A stretch of DNA of 64,000 nucleotides from an uncultured Clostridia bacterium (GCA_963558405.1 CAUWGC010000009.1:1-64000); one strand, 5' to 3'; numbered from the stretch's first letter, positions 1-11,385 are shown. Program-made: numbers and translations. Notes: generated from the sequence alone by a model not told the origin.

Positions 1-2
1 CA

Positions 3-1223
3 GAAGGTACAATAGAGTTTGGAGAAGTAAAATGGAGTAATGGACAAGCAGAAGTGGAAATAATAGCAAAGCCAGGAGAAGGAGAAAGCTTGCAGTATCA
101 AGTAAATGAAACAAATGAAGGAAGTTGGCAAGATATAGAAAGTGGAAATAAAGTAAGTGGACTACACCATAATGACGAAGTACATGCAAGATTGTGGAAT
201 GGAAATACAGCAAGTGTGCAAAAAAGTAAAAAAATAGAAGATACCAAAGCGCCAGAAGTAAGTATACAAGTAGAAAAAGTAACAGAAAGTAGTATAAAAG
301 TAACCGTAAATGCAGTAGAAAATGAAAGTGGATTACTAGATGTAGAAACATATGAATACTGCATAGGAGAACATGAAGCAGTAGATGGAAAATCAGTAAA
401 TAGTACGTATGAATATAAAAATGGATTGCAACCAGAAACAGAGTATAAATTAACAGTAAAAGTAAGAGATAAAGCGGGAAATGAGGGAAAAGCGAGTATA
501 AAGCAAAGAACAGATAAAATACAGTTACCAACAATAGAAGCTACATTAAAAGAAGGAGATTATGTGTTTTATGAAGATGCATATGGAACACAGCAAAAAT
601 GTATGGTACTATATGGACCAGAGAATGAAAATTATAGTAGTTATGGAATACAGATAATAACAGCCAAGACAGCAGATTCAACAGGAATAGTAGGAAATGT
701 AGGATTGGGAACAGAAGGAGATTTTAACGCAAATAGAGATTTATATAATAAAGTAATAACAACATTAAATGAAGAAGCAGAAAAATATAAAAAAAAGGAC
801 GATGGAATAGCAGAGATAGCAAGATGCGTAGGAAGTGTGCCAGATAATCCAAATTATGATGGAGCAGGAATGCATACAACACAGTTTGGAGGAATTTATA
901 GTGGTACATTGAAAGATACAGATGAAAATTACAAAGCAGACTTCGACCAAATGGAAGCACTTAGTATAAGTAACATAGGGCAGTATTATTGGTTGGCTTC
1001 CCGTAATGTGAATTCTTACTCCAACTACAGTGCCTTCAATGTGCGTCGTGTGGACAGCGGGGGTCATTTGAGCTCCAACTTCTTGTGCGATGTGTCTTCG
1101 AGTGGCAGCACTAATGGGAGGAGCCGTGAGCATGGGTTCCGTCTTGTAGTTCGTCTGAAATCTGGAATCAAAGTAGTAGGAGGAGATGGAAGCGAAAGTA
1201 CACCATATATATTGGCACCTTAG
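3..1223 (+). CDS. 3' part of a large surface/exported protein with an FN3-like domain and a C-terminal C-type-lectin-like domain; candidate DGR target (5' end outside window)
   Basis: Frame is open from position 3. FN3-like segment DTKAPEV...GLQPETEYKLTVKVRDKAGN. C-terminus YWLASR...F.VR.V...GFRLVVRLK has a sharply different codon composition. Confidence 0.8.
   Translation, partial: EGTIEFGEVKWSNGQAEVEIIAKPGEGESLQYQVNETNEGSWQDIESGNKVSGLHHNDEVHARLWNGNTASVQKSKKIEDTKAPEVSIQVEKVTESSIKVTVNAVENESGLLDVETYEYCIGEHEAVDGKSVNSTYEYKNGLQPETEYKLTVKVRDKAGNEGKASIKQRTDKIQLPTIEATLKEGDYVFYEDAYGTQQKCMVLYGPENENYSSYGIQIITAKTADSTGIVGNVGLGTEGDFNANRDLYNKVITTLNEEAEKYKKKDDGIAEIARCVGSVPDNPNYDGAGMHTTQFGGIYSGTLKDTDENYKADFDQMEALSISNIGQYYWLASRNVNSYSNYSAFNVRRVDSGGHLSSNFLCDVSSSGSTNGRSREHGFRLVVRLKSGIKVVGGDGSESTPYILAP
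978..1157 (+). other. Putative DGR variable region (VR)
   Basis: Codons 978-1145 (56 in a row) have no third-position A. Structural residues use A-free codons (TGG TTG GCT TCC CGT, GTG CGT, GGG TTC CGT), interspersed with NNC/NNT codons. The rest of the gene is strongly A-ending. Confidence 0.7.
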
Positions 1224-1241
1224 TTAGGATACGGAAATGTT

Positions 1242-1280
1242 GCGGGAAGGCCTCCTCGGGTCTTCCTGCTTATTTTTTTT
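1242..1280 (+). terminator. GC-rich hairpin plus U tract after the VR-bearing gene
   Basis: GCGGGAAGGCCT-cctc-GGGTCTTCCTGC (12 bp including 3 G-U pairs), followed by TTATTTTTTTT. Confidence 0.75.
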
Positions 1281-1379
1281 AATCCTTAATATTTATAAAA
1301 TATTGTGAAAGTGTATTCACTAAAACTAAAATTTATGATATAGTAAAGCAAATGAAAATTATAAATAAAGGGGTAAAAA

Positions 1380-3086
1380 ATGGAAGAAAAAAAGAAAAAA
1401 AATAATAAAAATATTTTAAAATCAAAAAAAATAAAAATTATCATAATCATTTTTGTAATTATAATGCTTATGGGCTTTATAGCAGTTGCTATCAAACTTG
1501 CTCCAAGTTATAAAGATACATCAATTAAAGATAGGACAAACCTAGTAATTAATAATAGTAATGTAACAGAAAGATTGCAAAAAAATGGAACTTATGTATA
1601 TAGAGATGAAAACGGTGTGATGTATTTAAGTTTTGAAGATATAGAAAACTTTTTTGATAAATATATTTATTTAGATGAAAAGTACAATCAAGTTATAACA
1701 ACTTCTTGTTCACAAATTGCAAGCATTGAAATTGGAAAAAATGAAATGTATGTAAATAGTGCTAAAACAGAAATTGATGGAACTGTTATAGAAAAAGATG
1801 GTAAATTGTATTTACCATTTTCGGAAATGGAAAATGTATATAATGTTGAAGTAACATATATAGAAAATAATGATACTGTATTAATAGAATCTTTGGATAG
1901 AAAATTAACAAGAGCACTTATTAATAAAAATACAAGCGTAAAAGTAAAAGACAGAAATCTATGTAGAACAGTTGAAAAGTTAAAAAAAGGTGATAGTGTT
2001 ATTGTTATTGCTCAATATGAAGATTGGACTAAAATTCGTACAGCAAATGGAAATATTGGATTTGTTAAAACAAAAGTATTAAATAATATTACAGAAGTAA
2101 GAAGTGATATTGTGGTTTCAAAGCAAATTGAAGGAAAAGTAAATCTTGTTTGGGATTATTACTCAGAAGCAGCATCTGCACCAGACAGAACAGGAGAAAT
2201 TATAGAAGGTATTAATGTTGTATCTCCATCATTTATTACATTAACAAAAGGAGGAAAAGGGGAAATTGATACTAATATAGGAGAATCTGGAAAAAAATAT
2301 ATAGAGTGGGCACATCAAAATGGGTATAAAATTTGGCCAATGTTTTCTAATAATTCATTAAGAGAAACAACAGAAGAAATAATGCAAGATTATAAATTAA
2401 GAGAAAAGTTAATTAATAATATAATAGAAGTATTGGTAGAATATCAATTAGATGGTGTTAATATAGATTTTGAAAATATGAACTTAGAAGACAAGGATTT
2501 ATTTTCTAGATTTATTATAGAATTAGAACCAAGATTAAAAGAATTAGGAATGGTACTTTCTGTAGATGTAACAGCACCAGATGGTGGAGAAAATTGGTCT
2601 TTGTGCTATGATAGAAATGTAATAGGGGATGTAGCAGATTATATAGTATTTATGGCATATGATCAACATGGTGCAACTTCTAATGTTGCTGGAACTGTTG
2701 CAGGATATGACTGGGTAGAAGTAAATATCAAAAAATTCTTAGGACAAGAAGGTGTAGAAAAAGAAAAAATAATTTTAGCAATGCCATTATATACTAGATT
2801 ATGGAAAGAAGTTAATGGGGAAGTAACTCCTACAGTTCTATTTATGACAGAAGTAGATGATAAAATACCAGAAGGTGTGGAAAAAGTTTGGAATGATGAT
2901 ACAAAACAATATTATGTAGAATATACTAAAAATGGAGCTACATATAAGATGTGGATTGAAGATGAAGAATCAATAAAAGCAAAATTAGAATTAGTTCAAA
3001 AATATGAATTAGCAGGTTCAGCTTTTTGGGAAAAAGATAGAGAAACACCAGGTGTTTGGAAATTAGTAAAAGAAATGAGTAAATAA
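1380..3086 (+). CDS. GH18 glycoside hydrolase (spore cortex-lytic/YaaH-YdhD-like) with N-terminal TM, stalk-like and SH3b domains
   Basis: DGVNIDFE catalytic motif, MAYD motif, SH3-like WTKIRTANGNIGFV, N-terminal hydrophobic helix. Confidence 0.8.
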   Translation: MEEKKKKNNKNILKSKKIKIIIIIFVIIMLMGFIAVAIKLAPSYKDTSIKDRTNLVINNSNVTERLQKNGTYVYRDENGVMYLSFEDIENFFDKYIYLDEKYNQVITTSCSQIASIEIGKNEMYVNSAKTEIDGTVIEKDGKLYLPFSEMENVYNVEVTYIENNDTVLIESLDRKLTRALINKNTSVKVKDRNLCRTVEKLKKGDSVIVIAQYEDWTKIRTANGNIGFVKTKVLNNITEVRSDIVVSKQIEGKVNLVWDYYSEAASAPDRTGEIIEGINVVSPSFITLTKGGKGEIDTNIGESGKKYIEWAHQNGYKIWPMFSNNSLRETTEEIMQDYKLREKLINNIIEVLVEYQLDGVNIDFENMNLEDKDLFSRFIIELEPRLKELGMVLSVDVTAPDGGENWSLCYDRNVIGDVADYIVFMAYDQHGATSNVAGTVAGYDWVEVNIKKFLGQEGVEKEKIILAMPLYTRLWKEVNGEVTPTVLFMTEVDDKIPEGVEKVWNDDTKQYYVEYTKNGATYKMWIEDEESIKAKLELVQKYELAGSAFWEKDRETPGVWKLVKEMSK

Positions 3087-3139
3087 AAGAATATTTAAAA
3101 ATCACCAATCATAAACTTAATAAAAAAGAAATATGGTAG

Positions 3140-4102
3140 GTGATTTTTTTGTATGCATATATTAGACAGGCTAATAAAAAAGAAGAAATTATAGAAAAAG
3201 AAAAAAAGTGGTATTCTTTTTTTAATCCAATTATTATATGGTATAAATTAAAAAAAGGTAAAGTAAAAGAAGTTACATATAAAGGAAATAAAATATATAT
3301 ACTTCCTATATTAGAAGGAGAAGAAATAAAACTTAAAACAATAGAAAAAATAAAAAGAAATGTAGATAAATTACTAGAAAAAGATATGATAAAAAATATA
3401 GTGTTATCTACTTATTTAGATAAAATAGAAATTTTGAAAAATAATTTCTATCGCCAAAATAAAAATATATTAGATGGTAGAATTTTATTTTCTGCTATGA
3501 TTATGGAATCTTTAGAATATATTGCAAAAAATCAAGATACAATAATAGAAAAAGAAGATTTATATGTTTTAATAAATGATGACAATAATTTTAATATTGA
3601 TAATTTAAAACTTTTGGCTCAAAAAGTACGAAATCTCTATATTATTACTAATCATATAGAAAAGTTCAAAAAATTAGAAGAATATTTATATCAAAAATTA
3701 GGTATTATAATTAATATTTCTAATAATAGGAGAAAAAGTTTAAGAAAAGCAAAATGGATTGTTAATATTGACTTTACAGAAGAGTTATTAGAAAAATATA
3801 ACATTAATAAAACAGCTATTATATTAAATATTGAACAAACTGTAAAAATGAAAAATAAAATTTTTAACGGAATAACAATAAATATGTTTGAAATAAAAAT
3901 TCCATATGAAATAAAAGAAAATTTAAAAAAGGAAAATTTAGAAACTTTTTTTACTAATGCTATATTATATGAAAGTATAATAAAAAAATATGGAAAATTA
4001 GAAACAATACGTGAACAAATAAAAAAAGATAAAATAACAATAGATTATATGATTGGAAATAAAGGAAAGTTAAGTAAAGAAGAGTATGCAAGAGTAATTT
4101 AA
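3140..4102 (+). CDS. hypothetical protein
   Basis: 320-aa ORF with genome-typical codon use; no motif recognised. Confidence 0.65.
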   Translation: MIFLYAYIRQANKKEEIIEKEKKWYSFFNPIIIWYKLKKGKVKEVTYKGNKIYILPILEGEEIKLKTIEKIKRNVDKLLEKDMIKNIVLSTYLDKIEILKNNFYRQNKNILDGRILFSAMIMESLEYIAKNQDTIIEKEDLYVLINDDNNFNIDNLKLLAQKVRNLYIITNHIEKFKKLEEYLYQKLGIIINISNNRRKSLRKAKWIVNIDFTEELLEKYNINKTAIILNIEQTVKMKNKIFNGITINMFEIKIPYEIKENLKKENLETFFTNAILYESIIKKYGKLETIREQIKKDKITIDYMIGNKGKLSKEEYARVI

Positions 4103-4230
4103 AGATTAAATCAAATTATATAAATTAAATTATAAAAAAACACAAAAAAATGTTTTTTTAATCCCTTGACAAATTAAGGAAAATCCCTTAATATAGTAAA
4201 GATGTAAAATTATACGAGGAGGTAGACAAA

Positions 4231-4707
4231 GTGGAAGGAAAAGAAATCCTACTAACACAAGAAGGTTACAATAATCTAGAAAAAGAACTAGACGAATTAA
4301 GAACAGTAAAAAGACCAGAAATAGCAGAACGTATAAAAGTTGCGTTAGGATTTGGAGATTTATCAGAAAATTCAGAATATGATGAGGCAAAAAATGCACA
4401 AGCTGCTAACGAAATAAAAATAGCAGAATTAGAAAATAAGCTAAGATATGCTAAAATAATAGATGAATCTGAAATAGATACTAAAACAGTACAAGTTGGA
4501 AATATTGTTAAAGTATTAGATATGGAATTTGATGAAGAAGAATCTTATACTATAGTAGGTTCTACAGAAGTAGACTTAGACCAAAATAAGATATCTAATG
4601 AATCTCCTATAGGAAGTGCTTTACTAGGAGCTAAAAAGAACGAAATAGTAGAAGCAAAAACTCCAGGTGGAATTTTAAAACTAAAAGTACTTTCTATAAC
4701 AAAATAA
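4231..4707 (+). CDS. greA: transcription elongation factor GreA
   Basis: GDLSENSEYDEAK and ISNESPIGSALLG motifs; GGAGG RBS; upstream TTGACA. Confidence 0.97.
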   Translation: MEGKEILLTQEGYNNLEKELDELRTVKRPEIAERIKVALGFGDLSENSEYDEAKNAQAANEIKIAELENKLRYAKIIDESEIDTKTVQVGNIVKVLDMEFDEEESYTIVGSTEVDLDQNKISNESPIGSALLGAKKNEIVEAKTPGGILKLKVLSITK

Positions 4708-4741
4708 AAATTAAATAAAAATGAAGTGAGTTTTTAAAATC

Positions 4742-5464
4742 TCACTTCATTTTTATTGCTGTTTCTAATGCTAAGGTAATCATATCATTTAAAGATTGTT
4801 CTCTTGCCTGACTAGAAATTTGTTCTTTTTTATAATGATTATCTACTACACTTAATAAACAACTAGCTTTTTTATTAAGATATTTTGCAGTATAAAATAA
4901 TGCAAAAGCTTCCATTTCTGCTCCAATAATGTTTAAATCTTTTGGAAATCCATTCATAAATGTATCTAAATCATCTACATAGTAGTCAAAACATTCACTG
5001 CATATAGTGTTTCCTTTTACATAATTAATTTTTTGTTCTTTTGCAGTTTCTTCAATAAGATTATTTAATTCAATATCTGCTTCGGAAATATGAATATCTT
5101 TATTATTTAAACCTAAAGCAAAATTACCTGGTGTATAAGTTTTATCTACCAAAATAATATCAAGTAAATTTAAATCTTTAGTATATCCTCCGCAAGAACC
5201 AATTCTAATAATACTTTCTACATCATAAAAATGATATAGTTCATAACAATATATGCCCATACTTGGCATTCCCATACCAGAAGCAAAAACAGTAATTTCT
5301 TTTCCTTTATAAGTTCCTGTGTATGCTAATATATTTCTAACAGAATTAACTAAACGAGTATTTTCTAAAAAGTTTTCTGCAATATATTTTGCTCTTAAAG
5401 GATCCCCAGGCATTAAAACTATTTTTGCAATATCCTCTTTTTTTGATTCAATATGTGGTGTCAT
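4742..5464 (-). CDS. deoD: purine nucleoside phosphorylase, DeoD-type
   Basis: MTPHI, MPGDPLRAKYIAE, GMGMPS, RIGSCG, EMEAFAL. Confidence 0.95.
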   Translation of the reverse strand: MTPHIESKKEDIAKIVLMPGDPLRAKYIAENFLENTRLVNSVRNILAYTGTYKGKEITVFASGMGMPSMGIYCYELYHFYDVESIIRIGSCGGYTKDLNLLDIILVDKTYTPGNFALGLNNKDIHISEADIELNNLIEETAKEQKINYVKGNTICSECFDYYVDDLDTFMNGFPKDLNIIGAEMEAFALFYTAKYLNKKASCLLSVVDNHYKKEQISSQAREQSLNDMITLALETAIKMK

Positions 5465-5580
5465 ATAAAAACCTCCTTTATTATTTGTATTATATCATTA
5501 TATTTGGATTTGATACAAGTAAAATAGTAGAATATTAAAAATACATTTGTGAACTTTGTGTGAAAAATAATTAGAAAATA

Positions 5581-5609
5581 TTGACATTAATTTTAAAAGA
5601 GAGTATATT
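5581..5609 (+). promoter_or_regulatory. sigmaA promoter of groESL
   Basis: TTGACA (5581)-17 nt-TATATT (5604). Confidence 0.8.
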
Positions 5610-5612
5610 ATA

Positions 5613-5639
5613 TTAGCAGTCGATAAAAGAGAGTGCTAA
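5613..5639 (+). promoter_or_regulatory. CIRCE element (HrcA operator)
   Basis: TTAGCAGTC-N9-GAGTGCTAA, one mismatch to consensus, upstream of groES. Confidence 0.93.
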
Positions 5640-5661
5640 TATAAAAGAGGAGGTAATTTAA

Positions 5662-5943
<282 letters not shown>

Positions 5944-5959
5944 ATATAAATTTATATTA

Positions 5960-7607
<1,648 letters not shown>

Positions 7608-7637
7608 AAAAAACACCCTAAATACAGGGTGTTTTTT
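7608..7637 (+). terminator. intrinsic terminator of groESL
   Basis: AAAAAACACCCT-aaatac-AGGGTGTTTTTT. Confidence 0.85.
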
Positions 7638-7714
7638 AATCTGCAAAGTAAAAAAATGTAAAAACCAACTTGACATTAATAAAAATTCTGTATATATTTT
7701 TATTGGTGAAAAAA

Positions 7715-8050
7715 ATGAGAAACATAGAAGCAGAGATTATAGCAGAACAGTTAGAAAATAGTTTTGAAAAAAATGGAATTAAAGTTACTAAAAAAGTAAA
7801 AGAAGAAATTATAGAATATGCAAATGAATATTCTGCTAAAAGATTTAACTATTTACATAAATCATTAGCTGTATTAGGCATTGCAATAAGAAATAATAAA
7901 GGAAGTGTTCCGGACTATATATGGAATAGAATTGCAGAAGATAATGGATTTTTTAACAATATTTCCATAGAATATTTAATAGGAAAAAATTGGAGAGATA
8001 TAGGTAGGGCATTAAATAAAGGAGAGGATTTGATGCCTAAAATAGAATAG
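7715..8050 (+). CDS. hypothetical protein
   Basis: ORF 7670..8050. The TTG at 7670 is a -35 box (TTGACA), so ATG 7715 after GGTGA is the likelier start. Confidence 0.6.
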   Translation: MRNIEAEIIAEQLENSFEKNGIKVTKKVKEEIIEYANEYSAKRFNYLHKSLAVLGIAIRNNKGSVPDYIWNRIAEDNGFFNNISIEYLIGKNWRDIGRALNKGEDLMPKIE

Positions 8051-8175
8051 AAAATTAATTTGTCGAAATTTTACAAAAAATAATTCTACATATTTTGTTG
8101 AAAAAAGTCGAAAAATAAAGTTATAATAAAAGAAGAGATAGAGGTTTTGGAATTTTTAAGAAAGGAGAAAAGTTA

Positions 8176-8322
8176 GTGAAAGGGAGATACAAAAGACAAA
8201 TAAAAAAGTATAAAAAATTATTTAGAAAAGAACAACTAAAAGTATTAATGGAAAATGAAGAAGTTTTTAAAACAGTATATTTATTAGGGGTATTTGACAG
8301 ATTTGATATTTTAAGAAAATAA
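8176..8322 (+). CDS. small basic hypothetical protein (48 aa), absent from ORF track
   Basis: AAGGAG RBS, GTG start, (M)KGRYKRQIKKYKKLFRKEQLKVLMENEEVFKTVYLLGVFDRFDILRK. Confidence 0.5.
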   Translation: MKGRYKRQIKKYKKLFRKEQLKVLMENEEVFKTVYLLGVFDRFDILRK

Positions 8323-8328
8323 TAAGCT

Positions 8329-8379
8329 TTTTATTGACATGATTATAAATTATATAATAAAATAATCATGTCAATAAAA
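8329..8379. repeat. perfect 18-bp inverted repeat containing TTGACA in both arms
   Basis: TTTTATTGACATGATTAT-15 nt-ATAATCATGTCAATAAAA. Confidence 0.9.
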
Positions 8380-8439
8380 CTTTAATTGCATAGGATAAAT
8401 AAAATAGGGAAAACTAAAGTAAAATTATGGAGGGAAAGT

Positions 8440-10038
8440 ATGAAAAAATTAAAACAAAATAACGCAATAACACTAGTTGCACTTATTATTACAATAATAG
8501 TGCTAATAATACTTGCTGGTGTTACATTAAATATTGTATTAGGAAATAACGGCATAATAAATAAAGCAAAGCAAGCAAAACAAAACATGACAAATGCATC
8601 AGATGAAGAAAAAGAGTGGTTATCTGAAGCAGAAGGTGTAATAGAAAGTATAGAAGAAACACCAATAACAAACGGAAGTTGGAGTGAGGTAAAAGGTGTA
8701 AATAGTCCAAAATTAGATGGTACAGGATTAAAAGGAATAAAACTATCTAATAATGGTACTTATGAAGAAATTAAAGACGGACAAGCTAATTGGTATAGTT
8801 ATACTGAAAATGATAAAAGATGGGCGAATGCCAAAACACAAGATGGTAGTATGTGGGTATGGATACCAAGATATGCATATAAAATAACATATACTAATCC
8901 AAGTGATAAATCTTTAGGAGGAACAATAGATATAGTTTTTCTAAAGAATGATACAACTCTTGATAAAAATGGAAATGATGTTACTCAAAGTACTTATGTA
9001 AATGAAAAAGGAGAACAAGGTGCATATATTGTACATCCATGTTTTAAAGATGGAACAAGTAATGGTTTTACAAATGGAGAATGGGACGATGAAATAGAAG
9101 GTATTTGGGTAGCAAAATTTGAGGCTGGTTTTTCTGGTGGTAATAATAGTGTAGAAAAAGTAAGTAGCGGATTAACTTATGGAGAAAATAGTCCAAGTAA
9201 AAATTTTTATGGTCCAATAACTGTTGGAAGTACACCAATATATTATCCAGTATTTATGCCAAAAACATATTCATATAATTATATTACTATAAGTGATATG
9301 TATAGTTTAAGCAAGAGCTTAAACTATAGTGGAAATCCATATGGTTTAGTAACAGAAAAAATAGATAGCCATATGATAAAAAATAGTGAATGGGGAGCAG
9401 TAACATATTTAACACATAGTAAATATGGAAGAAATAAAGAAGAAATTAGCATAAATAATGTAAATTTAAACGGAACTGTTGACACAATATGTGCTGTAAC
9501 AGGAATGTCTAGCGGAACAACTAATTCAGCACAAATAAAAACAACAGTGGAAGCTATAAATAATGGAACAAGTGGAAGTTATAGTTGGGAAACTGCTAAT
9601 GGACAAAAAGCAAGTACAACTGGAAATATATATGGAATTTATGATTTAAGTGGAGGTTCATGGGAAAATACTGCTGCTTATATATCTGATGGTGAAATAT
9701 CAAAATACGGAAAAAACATAGAAAGTGATGGACAAAATAATACAAAATATAAAAATGTATATTCATATAATACAAGTAATACTAATAGTGGAAATAACTA
9801 TAATGCAAATACAAGTAAAATTGGAGAAGCAATATGGGAAACAAGTACAAGTGGAGCAGGCGATAAACCTACATCTTGGAACCAAGATAATTCTAGCTTT
9901 GTAAATTCAACTGGAGCATTTTCAGCAAGAGGTGGACATTATGACAGAAATACAAGTGCAGGAATATTTGCATTTGGCTATACAAATGGTGTAGGCGGAT
10001 ATATGAACGGATTTAGAGCAGTTTTAATACCAATGTAA
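8440..10038 (+). CDS. type IV pilin-like (class III leader) protein with C-terminal FGE/C-type-lectin-like domain
   Basis: GGAGGG RBS then MKKLKQNNA|ITLVALIITIIVLIILAGVTL; WVWIPRY, GIYDLSGGSWE, RGG...GFRAVL. Confidence 0.8.
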   Translation: MKKLKQNNAITLVALIITIIVLIILAGVTLNIVLGNNGIINKAKQAKQNMTNASDEEKEWLSEAEGVIESIEETPITNGSWSEVKGVNSPKLDGTGLKGIKLSNNGTYEEIKDGQANWYSYTENDKRWANAKTQDGSMWVWIPRYAYKITYTNPSDKSLGGTIDIVFLKNDTTLDKNGNDVTQSTYVNEKGEQGAYIVHPCFKDGTSNGFTNGEWDDEIEGIWVAKFEAGFSGGNNSVEKVSSGLTYGENSPSKNFYGPITVGSTPIYYPVFMPKTYSYNYITISDMYSLSKSLNYSGNPYGLVTEKIDSHMIKNSEWGAVTYLTHSKYGRNKEEISINNVNLNGTVDTICAVTGMSSGTTNSAQIKTTVEAINNGTSGSYSWETANGQKASTTGNIYGIYDLSGGSWENTAAYISDGEISKYGKNIESDGQNNTKYKNVYSYNTSNTNSGNNYNANTSKIGEAIWETSTSGAGDKPTSWNQDNSSFVNSTGAFSARGGHYDRNTSAGIFAFGYTNGVGGYMNGFRAVLIPM

Positions 10039-10094
10039 AATAGGGGTTGTAAATTATAAAAAAGTATGATAAAATACTTTAAAATAAAAAATCC

Positions 10095-10337
10095 TATAAA
10101 AAAGCAAAGTATATAAATAAAACTTCTAGGATAAGAGAAATTGGTAACTTGCTGAGAGCCAATACTAGAATATTTATAGAAATTTCACTTTTTTGGTTCT
10201 TTTTTGAATAGTAGTAGAAAAAGACGTAAAACCTACGTTAAAAGGTTATACAAGGTTAATAGATTAATCTATTAATAAAATTAGGTGGTACCACGAATTA
10301 TTTAGTCATTCGTCCTTTTGGATGAATGGCTTTTTTG
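10095..10337 (+). promoter_or_regulatory. T-box riboswitch (Phe) leader of pheST
   Basis: AGAGA and GCTGAGAG stem I motifs; specifier region GAAATTTCAC (UUC); T-box AATTAGGTGGTACCACG at 10279; terminator AGTCATTCGTCC-TTTT-GGATGAATGGCT-TTTTT. Confidence 0.92.
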
Positions 10338-10365
10338 ATTTTAATTTAAGAAAGGAAGGAAATAA

Positions 10366-11385
10366 ATGAAAGATAAAATTAATCAAATTAAAGAAAATGC
10401 AATTACAGAAGTTGAAAAATCTGATGATTTAACTAAGTTAGATAGTGTACGTGTAAAATACCTAGGAAAAAAAGGTGAGCTTACTTTAGTATTAAGAGGA
10501 ATGGGAAGTTTATCACCAGAAGAAAGACCTATAATAGGAAGTTTAGTAAATGATGCAAGAGATATAATAGAAAAACAAATAGAAGATAAAGTAAAAGAAG
10601 TAAAAAATAAAATATTAGAAGAAAAGTTAAAAACAGAACGTATTGATATTACAATGCCTTCTAAAAAAGTAGAACTTGGTTCAGTTCACCCAATAACACA
10701 AATTATAAATGATGTAAAAGAAATTTTTATTGGACTTGGATATGAAATAGCAGAAGGTCCAGAAATTGAACTTGCAACATATAATTTTGATAAGTTAAAT
10801 ACACCACCAGAGCATCCTGCAAGAGATGTGCAAGATACATTTTATATAACAGATGATATAGTTCTTCGTTCACAAACATCACCAATGCAAGCAAGAGTAA
10901 TGGAAAACCAAAAACCACCTATAAAAATAATATGTCCAGGAACAGTTTATCGTTCTGATAGTGTTGATGCAACACATTCACCAGTGTTCCATCAGATAGA
11001 AGGATTAGTTGTAGATAAAAATATTTCTATGTCAGATTTAAAAGGAACTTTAGAAATTTTTGCTAAAAAATGTTTAGGAGAAAAAACTAAAATTAGATTT
11101 AGGCCTCATCATTTTCCATTTACAGAACCATCTGCAGAAGCAGACGTATCATGTTTTGTTTGTGGTGGTAAAGGCTGTAGAGTATGTAAAGGTGAAGGTT
11201 GGATAGAGCTTCTAGGTTGTGGTATGGTTCATCCAAATGTTTTAAGAAATTGTGGAATAAACCCTGAAGAATACTCTGGATTTGCTTTTGGATTTGGAGT
11301 GGAAAGAATAGCTATGGCAAAATTCGGAATTGATGATATGAGATTACTTTATGAAAATGATGTTAGATTTTTAAAACAATTTTAG
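10366..11385 (+). CDS. pheS: phenylalanine--tRNA ligase alpha subunit
   Basis: [33 protein letters not shown]. Confidence 0.98.
   Translation: MKDKINQIKENAITEVEKSDDLTKLDSVRVKYLGKKGELTLVLRGMGSLSPEERPIIGSLVNDARDIIEKQIEDKVKEVKNKILEEKLKTERIDITMPSKKVELGSVHPITQIINDVKEIFIGLGYEIAEGPEIELATYNFDKLNTPPEHPARDVQDTFYITDDIVLRSQTSPMQARVMENQKPPIKIICPGTVYRSDSVDATHSPVFHQIEGLVVDKNISMSDLKGTLEIFAKKCLGEKTKIRFRPHHFPFTEPSAEADVSCFVCGGKGCRVCKGEGWIELLGCGMVHPNVLRNCGINPEEYSGFAFGFGVERIAMAKFGIDDMRLLYENDVRFLKQF

Noticed and set aside
8347-8361. Recombinase-invertible promoter
   Set aside because: The 15-nt spacer is very short, inversion does not create better -35/-10 spacing, and no recombinase is nearby; kept only as an inverted repeat.
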